DNA from: Candidatus Bathyarchaeota archaeon
Lineage (GTDB): Archaea > Thermoproteota > Bathyarchaeia > Bathyarchaeales > Bathycorpusculaceae
DNA length: 64,000 nucleotides
Reading direction: 5' to 3'
NCBI GenBank assembly: GCA_026014705.1
Contig: JAOZHU010000008.1
Span: 17,833-81,832, forward strand
Part shown: positions 49,424 through 56,843 of the stretch, in pieces
Numbering within the stretch: the stretch's first letter is position 1
Layout of the letters: each line of letters opens with the position of its first letter
Made by a program: the position numbers and the translations under genes
Notes under the pieces: generated by a model
What the model was told of the DNA's origin: nothing
Databases searched by the model: none
What the model saw: only the letters and a program-made list of their open reading frames with translations

Positions 49424-51142
49424 TTAAGATTTTATTTGATCAAGTATCCAATGAGGACCGTTTTCGTATCTCAAGTAGTTATCCACGTGAACGTAGGATG
49501 GTTCAGTGTAGGTGTTGGACCAACCAGACATTGATCCGCTTTCCCATGTTTCGCTAAAGAGTGCTACGCCATCATCGGTAAAGCTCCAATTGCCGTTATA
49601 ATATTTGACTAATTGTCCTCCGTCTGCTCCAGTGAATACGTTGTTTATGCTCCTATCTGAATTGTAAGCTGAACCGTCGTAGTATATGCAAGTTCCACCA
49701 GATTGGCCGGATGGCAAATAGTAGTAGACATTGAACCAGAGGTTGTCGTAGTAGCGCCGCATTTCAGCGTAGTACCAAATATTTTCATAGATTGGTGTTG
49801 CACATATCCACGTGGTCATGGCATTGTTTTTGACGTACCGTATGCCCAAATATATTTCGCCATCATCATCGTAGACCGCTACTATGTCGTGCCATTTAGA
49901 CCAGTCATTTGTGTTTCTCGCACAGGCCAGAACCGCGTAATTACCTCCTCCCGCGTCTCCATTTGTGAACATGTCGATGTTGAAGAGTGTTCCGAGTTTG
50001 CAGTCACTTTCTCTATCCCAAGTGAAACTAACGGTCTTTTGTGTGTATGCTTTATCGCTTGTGCTTTCTGAGTAGGTGCAGAATGATCCAAGATAGGAAC
50101 CCCACATGTTGCCCCAAATTTTCTTTTGTAGCATAGCCCATGAATGGCCTTCCCATCCGCCTTCAAAGTAGAAGTAATCTGATACTTCGTCGCATTGGCT
50201 ATAAATGGGTTCTACTGCAAGTGTTTGCCACCAGAAGAAATAACTTAAGTCAGAATAGAACGATTCCATTTCATCAATCAAATACTCAGTTTCAGTGTAA
50301 TCCAAGTTGAATGTTTCGCCAATGAATATTTGCTTATCTGGTTCATTCAAGTAGTTATAGGAATGACAATGACTGGCCCATTGGGTAGTACCGTAATGAT
50401 GTCGCCATTCATTGATCGCGAAAACTTCTTGATGTGTGTCTATGAAATCCCAATAGTCAGAGTATTTAACGCTGTCAAAGAACCAACAGTCACGATTAAT
50501 ATAGAAAGTTCCTGAAGCATTGTTAATTACATTTCCCATTGGAATGCTCTCAAAGGTAAACGGAATAGTGCTATAACTGTTCCACAAATCGTATAACATG
50601 TCTATGTAATCTGCCATATCCTCAAAGCTGTCGTAAGCCAAGTTATTGCCTGTTGGGTCACCGCAGTGAGGGCATGTTTGGTTAGCTTCGACCTCCTCCT
50701 CACCTATGAAAACTTTGACATCACTGTGATCCGCAAGATAATTCGCCAAATAGTAATAGAAATTACTTGCTTCACTATACGTCAATTTTTCTCCTGTGTG
50801 AAAGGTCGTTCTTGTCGCTACATAGATAACGTCATAGTAGTCATCAAAGTAATCTACCCACGTATGAATTCTGCCCGCAACGTAAGAGCCACTGTATAAA
50901 TCAGGGTCATAACCATAAGTAATCTTCACCGCTTGAAAGACTATTCCTTTACGAGTGTATGCTTCGTCAAGCATAGCTTTGACTGTAGCTGGAGTGATAT
51001 TGTTTTCGTCGCATGTCCAAGCTGAAATGAGTATGCCGAAATTACTTGTCCTATCTGTTGCGAAGGCAACATTTTGTGGGCCAAGTGTCACCAGTAGTAG
51101 CAAAGACAACGATACAACGATCCATAGCGATTTTTTGTTCAT
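49424..51142 (-). CDS. Secreted 572-aa protein; putative glycoside-hydrolase-like N-domain plus beta-sandwich C-domain
   Basis: Signal peptide; Tyr/Trp/Asp-rich; FIGEEEVE and IFIGETF segments resemble clan GH-A catalytic strands; function inferred. Confidence 0.6.
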   Translation of the reverse strand: MNKKSLWIVVSLSLLLLVTLGPQNVAFATDRTSNFGILISAWTCDENNITPATVKAMLDEAYTRKGIVFQAVKITYGYDPDLYSGSYVAGRIHTWVDYFDDYYDVIYVATRTTFHTGEKLTYSEASNFYYYLANYLADHSDVKVFIGEEEVEANQTCPHCGDPTGNNLAYDSFEDMADYIDMLYDLWNSYSTIPFTFESIPMGNVINNASGTFYINRDCWFFDSVKYSDYWDFIDTHQEVFAINEWRHHYGTTQWASHCHSYNYLNEPDKQIFIGETFNLDYTETEYLIDEMESFYSDLSYFFWWQTLAVEPIYSQCDEVSDYFYFEGGWEGHSWAMLQKKIWGNMWGSYLGSFCTYSESTSDKAYTQKTVSFTWDRESDCKLGTLFNIDMFTNGDAGGGNYAVLACARNTNDWSKWHDIVAVYDDDGEIYLGIRYVKNNAMTTWICATPIYENIWYYAEMRRYYDNLWFNVYYYLPSGQSGGTCIYYDGSAYNSDRSINNVFTGADGGQLVKYYNGNWSFTDDGVALFSETWESGSMSGWSNTYTEPSYVHVDNYLRYENGPHWILDQIKS

Positions 51143-51363
51143 TCATTTTCAGTTTCCTCCATCTTACAACCAGATGGTTGGATACAACCTTCAACTATGA
51201 CAACATGACCGTAAGGTGACTCACACGCCCAGACGACGCGAACATTCTTGTCCGTTTTGAAGAGTTTCTTGCCGAGAGCTCTGGCTACGGCGAGGACATC
51301 GCCCATGTCCCAGTCGGGGCGGTTTTGTGGTTTCACGATTAAGGCTTTCTGAACTTTCGTCAT
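51139..51363 (-). CDS. Small hypothetical protein (74 aa)
   Basis: ATGA overlaps at both ends; GGAAG RBS-like sequence. Confidence 0.65.
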   Translation of the reverse strand: MTKVQKALIVKPQNRPDWDMGDVLAVARALGKKLFKTDKNVRVVWACESPYGHVVIVEGCIQPSGCKMEETENE

Positions 51364-51695
51364 GGTTTCTTCCTTAATTGATTTTTGTCGCAGCTGTAGC
51401 AGCGTACGCCGGGGATCCACATGCCCGCACGTTTGCAGTGAACTTTGCCGTCGGATACGGCGCCATCCAAGAATAGGCAGAGCACACGCATGGGTTGCGG
51501 TTCTTCAGGCCTCGCGTACACACTAATTTTAAGCTGTGGATTCCCAAGGCTATGCGCTTGATTATGCTGCTGCATGAATGCCTCTATTTTTCTGCTGACT
51601 TTGTCGCCTTCACGTTTACAGATTTCCTGAAATGTTTGCAATGTTGCCTTGTCTATGTAGATGTTGGTGCGGGTTTTCTCGTTTGACTCAGTCAT
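51360..51695 (-). CDS. RHH protein with C-terminal Cys4 metal-binding region
   Basis: RTNIYIDKATLQTFQEICKREGDKVSRKIEAFM; C...C...CYSC. Confidence 0.78.
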   Translation of the reverse strand: MTESNEKTRTNIYIDKATLQTFQEICKREGDKVSRKIEAFMQQHNQAHSLGNPQLKISVYARPEEPQPMRVLCLFLDGAVSDGKVHCKRAGMWIPGVRCYSCDKNQLRKKP

Positions 51696-51715
51696 ACTAT
51701 TCACTTCTTTTATGA

Positions 51716-51837
51716 GTGAATAACACACGTGAATAACACACACGACACGACTACACGTGATAGTCTCCGCTAACGTAAACGCCATCATTTGATATTCTTT
51801 CAGGCGTTTTTTGTGTGTTATTCCTTTGTGTTATTCA
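51716..51837. repeat. Four GAATAACAC(A) boxes: two direct plus two inverted
   Basis: gtgaataacacac x2 (51716-51741); gtgtgttattc (51813-51823); tgtgttattca (51827-51837). Confidence 0.85.
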
Positions 51838-52098
51838 GTCAGTTTGATTCAATTTCTTGGTTAATTCGGCAATCTTTGCCTCGAGTTCTTTGATTCGTTT
51901 GTCTTTGCTGTTCTCGGTCAGTTTTTTGAGGAGTTTGTCGATTTGCGGTTTGAGAGTGTAGCCTAATGCTATGCCGATGGGTAATGCCAACAGAGGCACG
52001 GCGTAGGCTATGATGATGCTGATTAGGATGGCGGCGACTTTGAGAAGTCGTTTGTTGCTCAGGATTTCTTCAAAGAAATCGAGTATGACGTCAAGCAT
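51835..52098 (-). CDS. Small membrane protein with C-terminal coiled coil
   Basis: Hydrophobic segment followed by KRIKELEAKIAELTKKL. Confidence 0.75.
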   Translation of the reverse strand: MLDVILDFFEEILSNKRLLKVAAILISIIIAYAVPLLALPIGIALGYTLKPQIDKLLKKLTENSKDKRIKELEAKIAELTKKLNQTD

Positions 52099-52264
52099 AC
52101 CCTTTATCCGCTCCCCTGAGTTTTCTTATGCAGGCATCTCCTGTTTCTTGCAAGCGCGGTCGCTGACATTTGTCGCCTACCCAATAGAGCATCCACCCGA
52201 GTAGCCACGTAGCGGTAATCAGCGGCCAGTAGATCAGTAGCAGAAGGCGATTCAACCACTTCAC
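52091..52264 (-). CDS. Small membrane protein (57 aa, MKWLNRLLLLIYWPLITATWLLGWMLYWVG...)
   Basis: Manual translation; GGAGGT RBS; GTGA overlap with the upstream gene. Confidence 0.7.
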   Translation of the reverse strand: MKWLNRLLLLIYWPLITATWLLGWMLYWVGDKCQRPRLQETGDACIRKLRGADKGYA

Positions 52265-52440
52265 GCTTTGACCTCCTTCTCAAAGCATTCACAAACACAA
52301 CAGGGAAAACCTGAAGTAACGCGCTTTCTCCCACAAAGGTTCTCTCGAAGTGCGGGATGTATATCTGGCGCACTACATCGTATGCCTTGTTTACCTTTTC
52401 GACTTACTGCTGATTTGCAGTGTTCAGCGGTCTTGCTCAT
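52261..52440 (-). CDS. Small Cys-rich protein (59 aa)
   Basis: Manual translation MSKTAEHC...CCVCECFEKEVKA; ATGA overlap. Confidence 0.65.
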   Translation of the reverse strand: MSKTAEHCKSAVSRKGKQGIRCSAPDIHPALRENLCGRKRVTSGFPCCVCECFEKEVKA

Positions 52441-52802
52441 GCTTTGATTCCCTCCAGCGCCAACTTTGCCCTAATCAAACCGTCAATGGTGCGGTCTAAG
52501 TAGCGAGCGTCAATGTGCGCTTCGAACCATGTTGTCCAGTCCCAAGCGTTACTACGTGCATACCCCAGCGTCTCCACGTGGTATGCGCCGTTTACGAATA
52601 GGACGATTTGCGGGTGGGGGGCGGTTTTTCCGCCGTCAGGCAGCAGCTTCACCGAAAGTACGTTGCGCTCGTGGTGTGTGTTTTGGTCGGCGTAGGCTAT
52701 GCGTGGCGGGATGCCTGTGCCTGCGAAGATTCGTGTTGGGTATGCTTTGGCGGCTTCCAAGGGGATTTCGCCGTATATTGTGCCGTTGGGTATGCGCTTC
52801 AA
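52437..52802 (-). CDS. Hypothetical protein
   Basis: TTGA overlap with the upstream gene; intact ORF. Confidence 0.65.
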   Translation of the reverse strand: MKRIPNGTIYGEIPLEAAKAYPTRIFAGTGIPPRIAYADQNTHHERNVLSVKLLPDGGKTAPHPQIVLFVNGAYHVETLGYARSNAWDWTTWFEAHIDARYLDRTIDGLIRAKLALEGIKA

Positions 52803-53089
52803 ACTTTGCACAGCGAAACCTCCCAATCAAAATGTTTACTGCAATAACGGTAGAAGACGCAGTCTCCGCATCCGAAGTCGCATGGGCATGTTTCTGTGCA
52901 GAATAATGGGCTTTTATGTGTGCATTTTGGGCATTTTGGGTTGGCTTCTTGTTTGGAAGAAGGGAGAGCATGCTCAACGGCGCCGGTCGCTTCCAAGCCC
53001 CTGCTGCTGCCTTCAGGGGACTCTCCGAGATTTGAACTTGGTTTGGGTGATGAATCGGCAAGGTTGCGGTGAGAGAGCGCAGGCGCCAT
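52799..53089 (-). CDS. Cys-rich hypothetical protein
   Basis: CPKC...C...CPC...CGDC...C; start uncertain. Confidence 0.55.
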   Translation of the reverse strand: MAPALSHRNLADSSPKPSSNLGESPEGSSRGLEATGAVEHALPSSKQEANPKCPKCTHKSPLFCTETCPCDFGCGDCVFYRYCSKHFDWEVSLCKV

Positions 53090-53109
53090 GTTTCTTTTCC
53101 CCAAGAAGC

Positions 53110-53289
53110 CTAACCCCTGCTTGGTAGGGTACGTTGCAGTGTATCGCAGGGTATCGGGTGGTACTCGCGGAGGTTGACGAATTCGCAGTGGAATCTTCCG
53201 CAGGCGCAACTCAGCGTTTTTGTGTCGCTGTCCCAGACCATGTGCTCGTGGCATACGGTGCATTCAAAGCTGCTGCGGTACCGCGTCAT
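53110..53289 (-). CDS. Small zinc-ribbon protein (59 aa)
   Basis: Manual translation with CTVC...CACG; ATGA overlap. Confidence 0.68.
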   Translation of the reverse strand: MTRYRSSFECTVCHEHMVWDSDTKTLSCACGRFHCEFVNLREYHPIPCDTLQRTLPSRG

Positions 53290-53456
53290 TGGAATCCTTC
53301 CTTGATGATTTTCTTCAGCTTCTCAGTACATTCAGGGCATAAATCGCGTTGAAAATCGTCGCCATCATCGTCTACGTTTGAGCCGAAAACTACCCAATTT
53401 AAGTCGTTTTGATTCTCGATTTCTTTGCCACAGTTATCGTAACAATAAAGTTTCAT
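53286..53456 (-). CDS. Small zinc-finger protein (56 aa)
   Basis: Manual translation MKLYCYDNCGKEI...DLCPEC; GGAGG RBS. Confidence 0.75.
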   Translation of the reverse strand: MKLYCYDNCGKEIENQNDLNWVVFGSNVDDDGDDFQRDLCPECTEKLKKIIKEGFQ

Positions 53457-53465
53457 TTTGATATC

Positions 53466-53485
53466 GCCTCCAACTTCGCATACGC
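53466..53485. repeat. 20-bp direct repeat copy 1 (contains the RBS)
   Basis: gcctccaacttcgcatacgc, identical to 54077-54096. Confidence 0.9.
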
Positions 53486-53521
53486 AGGTTTCTCAATTTT
53501 GTGAAGTTGCCGCATTCCATT

Positions 53522-54070
53522 TTACTCCTTTTTTTCGGTGAATGTATTTTTAGTGATGACTGCGGCTTTGGTGTTGACACAGATTTTGCCGTTTTTGCGT
53601 ACAATTGACTGCGGCGACTTTATGTTGACTTCTGCAGTGCTGGAACCAAAAGTGATGATTTCTACAGTGCTGGAACCATAAACACAGATTTTCTTAGGAT
53701 TAACTGCAAAACCTACAACATCTTTGAACACTTTTTCTTCGCCTTCAAAAGCAACCTGCACTTTAACATCATTAACCAACTGCATAAAAACAGCTTCTTC
53801 AATCGCACTTTTACGCTGTAAATACCACTCAGGCAAGGTATCCTGTTCATCCTCTGTATACGTCCATTTGGAAATAGGCATCATCTGCCGCGGGTCAGGA
53901 GGGGTAACTTCGACAAAAACTCGATCTCTGACTTTAATAGCGTCACAATCGTCTAAGGGTTTTAGACCAAATTCCTCTTCTATTTTTGCATGGCTATTTG
54001 TTTTAAATGAACCTAAGACTTCGGCTTTGCCATTGCGCCACGCAATAACGTAGCTTTTCATTTTGCACAT
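53522..54070 (-). CDS. Virus-type hypothetical protein with GSST repeats
   Basis: MCKMKS start after GGAGG; SH...FVEVTPP...W...QDTLPEWY; YGSSTV/FGSSTA repeat. Confidence 0.72.
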   Translation of the reverse strand: MCKMKSYVIAWRNGKAEVLGSFKTNSHAKIEEEFGLKPLDDCDAIKVRDRVFVEVTPPDPRQMMPISKWTYTEDEQDTLPEWYLQRKSAIEEAVFMQLVNDVKVQVAFEGEEKVFKDVVGFAVNPKKICVYGSSTVEIITFGSSTAEVNIKSPQSIVRKNGKICVNTKAAVITKNTFTEKKE

Positions 54071-54273
54071 GTTTTTGCCTCCAACTTCGCATACGCCTCC
54101 CGTGCCAATTGCGCGCATGTTTTCGGTTTAACTGAGGGAATGTAAGCGGTGAGGTTAGAGCAAACGTGAGTTTCGCCATCAGCGGTTTCGCTTGTTATGC
54201 AGCGGCGGTCACCATACTCGCAATGAGGTAGGGCACAGTAAAATTCAAGTGTTATTTTTCTCCCTGTTTTCAA
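54058..54273 (-). CDS. Small Cys-containing protein (71 aa)
   Basis: GGAGG RBS; five Cys residues. Confidence 0.65.
   Translation of the reverse strand: MKTGRKITLEFYCALPHCEYGDRRCITSETADGETHVCSNLTAYIPSVKPKTCAQLAREAYAKLEAKTCAK
54077..54096. repeat. 20-bp direct repeat copy 2
   Basis: Identical to 53466-53485. Confidence 0.9.
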
Positions 54274-54281
54274 CGGCGTAA

Positions 54282-54449
54282 CTAAGCCTCCTGCCCAACG
54301 GTAACATTCGTTTCGGGATATCGCATCAGAAAGTTGCGTATGGCCTCTTTGACGATTTCCCCGCGGCTTCTGAATCCATGCTTACCAACGAGTTTATCGA
54401 TTTCATCAACCATTTCGTTGGGGAGTTTTATCGTGGTGTAGTCGTTCAT
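54282..54449 (-). CDS. CopG-like ribbon-helix-helix regulator (55 aa)
   Basis: Manual translation MNDYTTIKLPNEMVDEIDKLVGKHGFRSRGEIVKEAIRNFL. Confidence 0.85.
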   Translation of the reverse strand: MNDYTTIKLPNEMVDEIDKLVGKHGFRSRGEIVKEAIRNFLMRYPETNVTVGQEA

Positions 54450-54460
54450 TCTATTACCCC

Positions 54461-54475
54461 TCTATTACTAATAGA
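54461..54475. promoter_or_regulatory. Inverted repeat upstream of the CopG-like gene
   Basis: tctatta-c-taataga. Confidence 0.5.
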
Positions 54476-54537
54476 CTACAACAAATCGTGAAGAAGAAAC
54501 AGAAAGAAGGATGGAAAATCGATCTGCCAGATGAAAC

Positions 54538-55527
54538 CTAACTATGCTTGTATATTTCAATGGCTATGAAAACCGCAAAAACCAAAACACCGATGGTTAC
54601 TGCAAAAACATACGGGTTATTGTACCATAAGTCACTCTGCGAAGACTCTGTCGGCGTTGGATCAGGAGAAATACCCAGTAACTCTAAAAGCGACATATAG
54701 ACTTCTTTTTCCTCATCGTCTATAGTTAGGAGACCGAAATAATTTTCCTTTTCAGGCACTAAACCCGTGTTGTCGTACATTTCGTAAATGAAGATTTTAT
54801 CGACTTCAGGGGTTAATCCAACAATGTTATCGACAAGATACTCTGCTTGACCGGTTTCTGTGTAGCCCTCTGTCGCTGAGGGTCTTCCGATTTCAGTTAC
54901 CCAGACGTTCTTGTTAGTTATTCCTTTTAAAGTGTCTATTGTCGCAACGTTTGCGGATAACTCATCATAAAGGTGCACTCCCAGATAGTCATAGTAGAAT
55001 CTTATTTCTGTGTTGTTGTAGACGGCATTGAAGTAATCCATCCAATTTTCTATTGGAGCTAACGCCCCAGAAATTACCAACGCGCCTGTTTCGTTCTTGA
55101 TTATTTGATAGGCGCTTTTCAGCATCTCAGTGTAGTTTTCAGGTGGAATATAGGCAGCTCCGTTCGGTTCGTTCCAAATCTCCCATGCGTCTATTTCCTG
55201 TGCTATGGGGTTATCGAGAATGTCGTAGAGCGTGTTGTTCCAAAGTTCAGGGGTCAAATCCGCAGCGTTTACGGTTCTGTTGTCGATTATTGCCAAAATT
55301 TTTATGTTGTGAGCTTTCAGGGCAGACATAGCGACGTCGCTTTCGTTGTATTGATAATCCATTCTAACCCACCTAACTTTCAGCTCTGAGAGGCGATCAA
55401 GCGTGGAACTACGATAATCTTCTGGGTGCAAACACACGTTTACTTCATAATTTGGTGAAGCATAAGCTAAAGTAATCAAAACTAAGAATGAAACAATGAT
55501 GATGTTTGTGGCCACTGTTTTTTTCAT
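54538..55527 (-). CDS. Membrane-anchored clan GH-A glycoside hydrolase (GH5/GH39-like)
   Basis: Signal peptide; WVRMD, WEIWNEPN (acid/base), HLYD, VWVTEIG (nucleophile), FGLL; C-terminal TM. Confidence 0.85.
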   Translation of the reverse strand: MKKTVATNIIIVSFLVLITLAYASPNYEVNVCLHPEDYRSSTLDRLSELKVRWVRMDYQYNESDVAMSALKAHNIKILAIIDNRTVNAADLTPELWNNTLYDILDNPIAQEIDAWEIWNEPNGAAYIPPENYTEMLKSAYQIIKNETGALVISGALAPIENWMDYFNAVYNNTEIRFYYDYLGVHLYDELSANVATIDTLKGITNKNVWVTEIGRPSATEGYTETGQAEYLVDNIVGLTPEVDKIFIYEMYDNTGLVPEKENYFGLLTIDDEEKEVYMSLLELLGISPDPTPTESSQSDLWYNNPYVFAVTIGVLVFAVFIAIEIYKHS

Positions 55528-55564
55528 TTTTTGTGCCTTAAGAATAGAAAAAAAGGTTGTGGGA

Positions 55565-56221
55565 TTAGAACTTTTTGATGTACCCGACACAGATACCCAC
55601 CGCCGCCAAGGCAACCACAACGCCCATCAGACCATACATTGCCGTCGTTACCGGGGCAGTCCGCGAATAGTTAGCTATGGTCACCACAATATAACCCGCT
55701 ATTTGACTGTTTTGCGGGTGCCCAGCAACGTTAATGTCAGTCAACGTGAAACCTGAATGCGCTGTTTTGTAGATCTGACTTGAGCCACTGTACACTGTCA
55801 AATATGTGCCGTCGTATTGAAAAGTCACAGTTTTGGAGTATGAGGAAACGGTTTTTTGGTACACTGTTCCTGTCTTTGTCCAGTTAGTGTATTTGTACAA
55901 GTATTCGGTCAGTTGGCCGCCTTCAGCTACGGTGTCGTGCTCCCAGCTTATTCCCCATCCGTCATGATCTGGATTTGCGATTTGCACTAAAAACCATGCT
56001 GTGTCATTGGTTGGCGCAGAAACTTCATGCAAATTTGAGAAATCCACAGTTACAGTGAAATTGCTATATGAGTTATCCAGCGTATCCCAGTACTCTGTGT
56101 ATATTTGGTCTTCGTTGAATGTGTATACTTCATTTGTTGTCGCAGCATAGACAGGAGTTGCTATAGCGATGCACAGCACTGCCAATACTGCAAGAGTCAG
56201 AAGTGCGTTCCGCCGGTGCAT
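55565..56221 (-). CDS. Secreted beta-rich protein with C-terminal coat-like helix (putative minor virion protein)
   Basis: GGGAGG RBS before ATG 56221; signal peptide; Thr/Tyr-rich domain; ends MGVVVALAAVGICVGYIKKF. Confidence 0.75.
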   Translation of the reverse strand: MHRRNALLTLAVLAVLCIAIATPVYAATTNEVYTFNEDQIYTEYWDTLDNSYSNFTVTVDFSNLHEVSAPTNDTAWFLVQIANPDHDGWGISWEHDTVAEGGQLTEYLYKYTNWTKTGTVYQKTVSSYSKTVTFQYDGTYLTVYSGSSQIYKTAHSGFTLTDINVAGHPQNSQIAGYIVVTIANYSRTAPVTTAMYGLMGVVVALAAVGICVGYIKKF

Positions 56222-56238
56222 TTGCGGATCCGCCTCCC

Positions 56239-56346
56239 TTAGAACTTGCCAAATTTCTTCAGCAAGCCAAGGACCATTCCAAGCATGGCGAAGGTGATGA
56301 TTAGGGGCATCCATTCGAGCACAGTGGATGTTATGTCTGAGCTCAT
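56239..56346 (-). CDS. 35-aa single-helix protein, putative major coat protein
   Basis: MSSDITSTVLEWMPLIITFAMLGMVLGLLKKFGKF; GGAGG RBS; first gene behind an AT-rich promoter region. Confidence 0.7.
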   Translation of the reverse strand: MSSDITSTVLEWMPLIITFAMLGMVLGLLKKFGKF

Positions 56347-56385
56347 TCGCTTTATCCTCCAAAAGATACTCTCATGTCCCAAATA

Positions 56386-56425
56386 AAACATTTGTTAAAC
56401 AAAATGGTTAACAATGTTTAAATTT
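56386..56425. promoter_or_regulatory. Divergent promoter region with inverted repeat and TATA-like tract
   Basis: aaacatttgttaa (56386-56398) / ttaacaatgttt (56408-56419); tttaaattt. Confidence 0.55.
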
Positions 56426-56448
56426 AAGTGTTTTGTTATATTTGGTAC

Positions 56449-56619
56449 ATGGAAAAGAACGAGTGCGGCAGACTTAACCTCTACCTTCCAAAAACCCTCA
56501 TTGCTTGGCTAACAAAACAAGCAGAAAGCAACCATCGAAGCCTCAACAACTACGTTACCGTTGTTCTTGAAGACCATAAAAAAGAGAAGGAGACAGCACC
56601 ATGTATATCGGTGCATTAA
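56449..56619 (+). CDS. Arc-like ribbon-helix-helix DNA-binding protein
   Basis: RLNLYLPKTLIAWLTKQAESNHRSLNNYV. Confidence 0.8.
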   Translation: MEKNECGRLNLYLPKTLIAWLTKQAESNHRSLNNYVTVVLEDHKKEKETAPCISVH

Positions 56620-56843
56620 TCCAGTTCCCAGACGGCGCACGGAAAATAGTTGAGTCAATAAGCGAACACGACTCCATAGCCATAGCCAAATTCATGGGCA
56701 AAATCGCCAAGTACGCCAAAAAAGAAAACAAGCTTGTGAAGGTGTGCGCTGACGACGTCAAAGCTCTCAAAGCTTTGTCGAAAGCGCTCGGCGGCGTAAC
56801 GGTTGAATGGGGAGTCATAGAGAGGGAGTACCCATGCGAATAA
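56601..56843 (+). CDS. Hypothetical protein (80 aa)
   Basis: AGGAG RBS; overlaps both neighbours. Confidence 0.65.
   Translation: MYIGALIQFPDGARKIVESISEHDSIAIAKFMGKIAKYAKKENKLVKVCADDVKALKALSKALGGVTVEWGVIEREYPCE

Noticed and set aside
51716..51837. Mini CRISPR array
   Set aside because: Repeats are only 9-13 bp, partly inverted, and have no spacers; no CRISPR array or cas gene was seen anywhere in the window.
52104..52373. 89-aa ORF from the track
   Set aside because: Two shorter ORFs in other frames have RBS and start-stop overlaps and tile the region better.
56222..56362. N-terminal extension of the 265-aa ORF
   Set aside because: The RBS and signal peptide point to ATG 56221, and this interval encodes the 35-aa protein in another frame.
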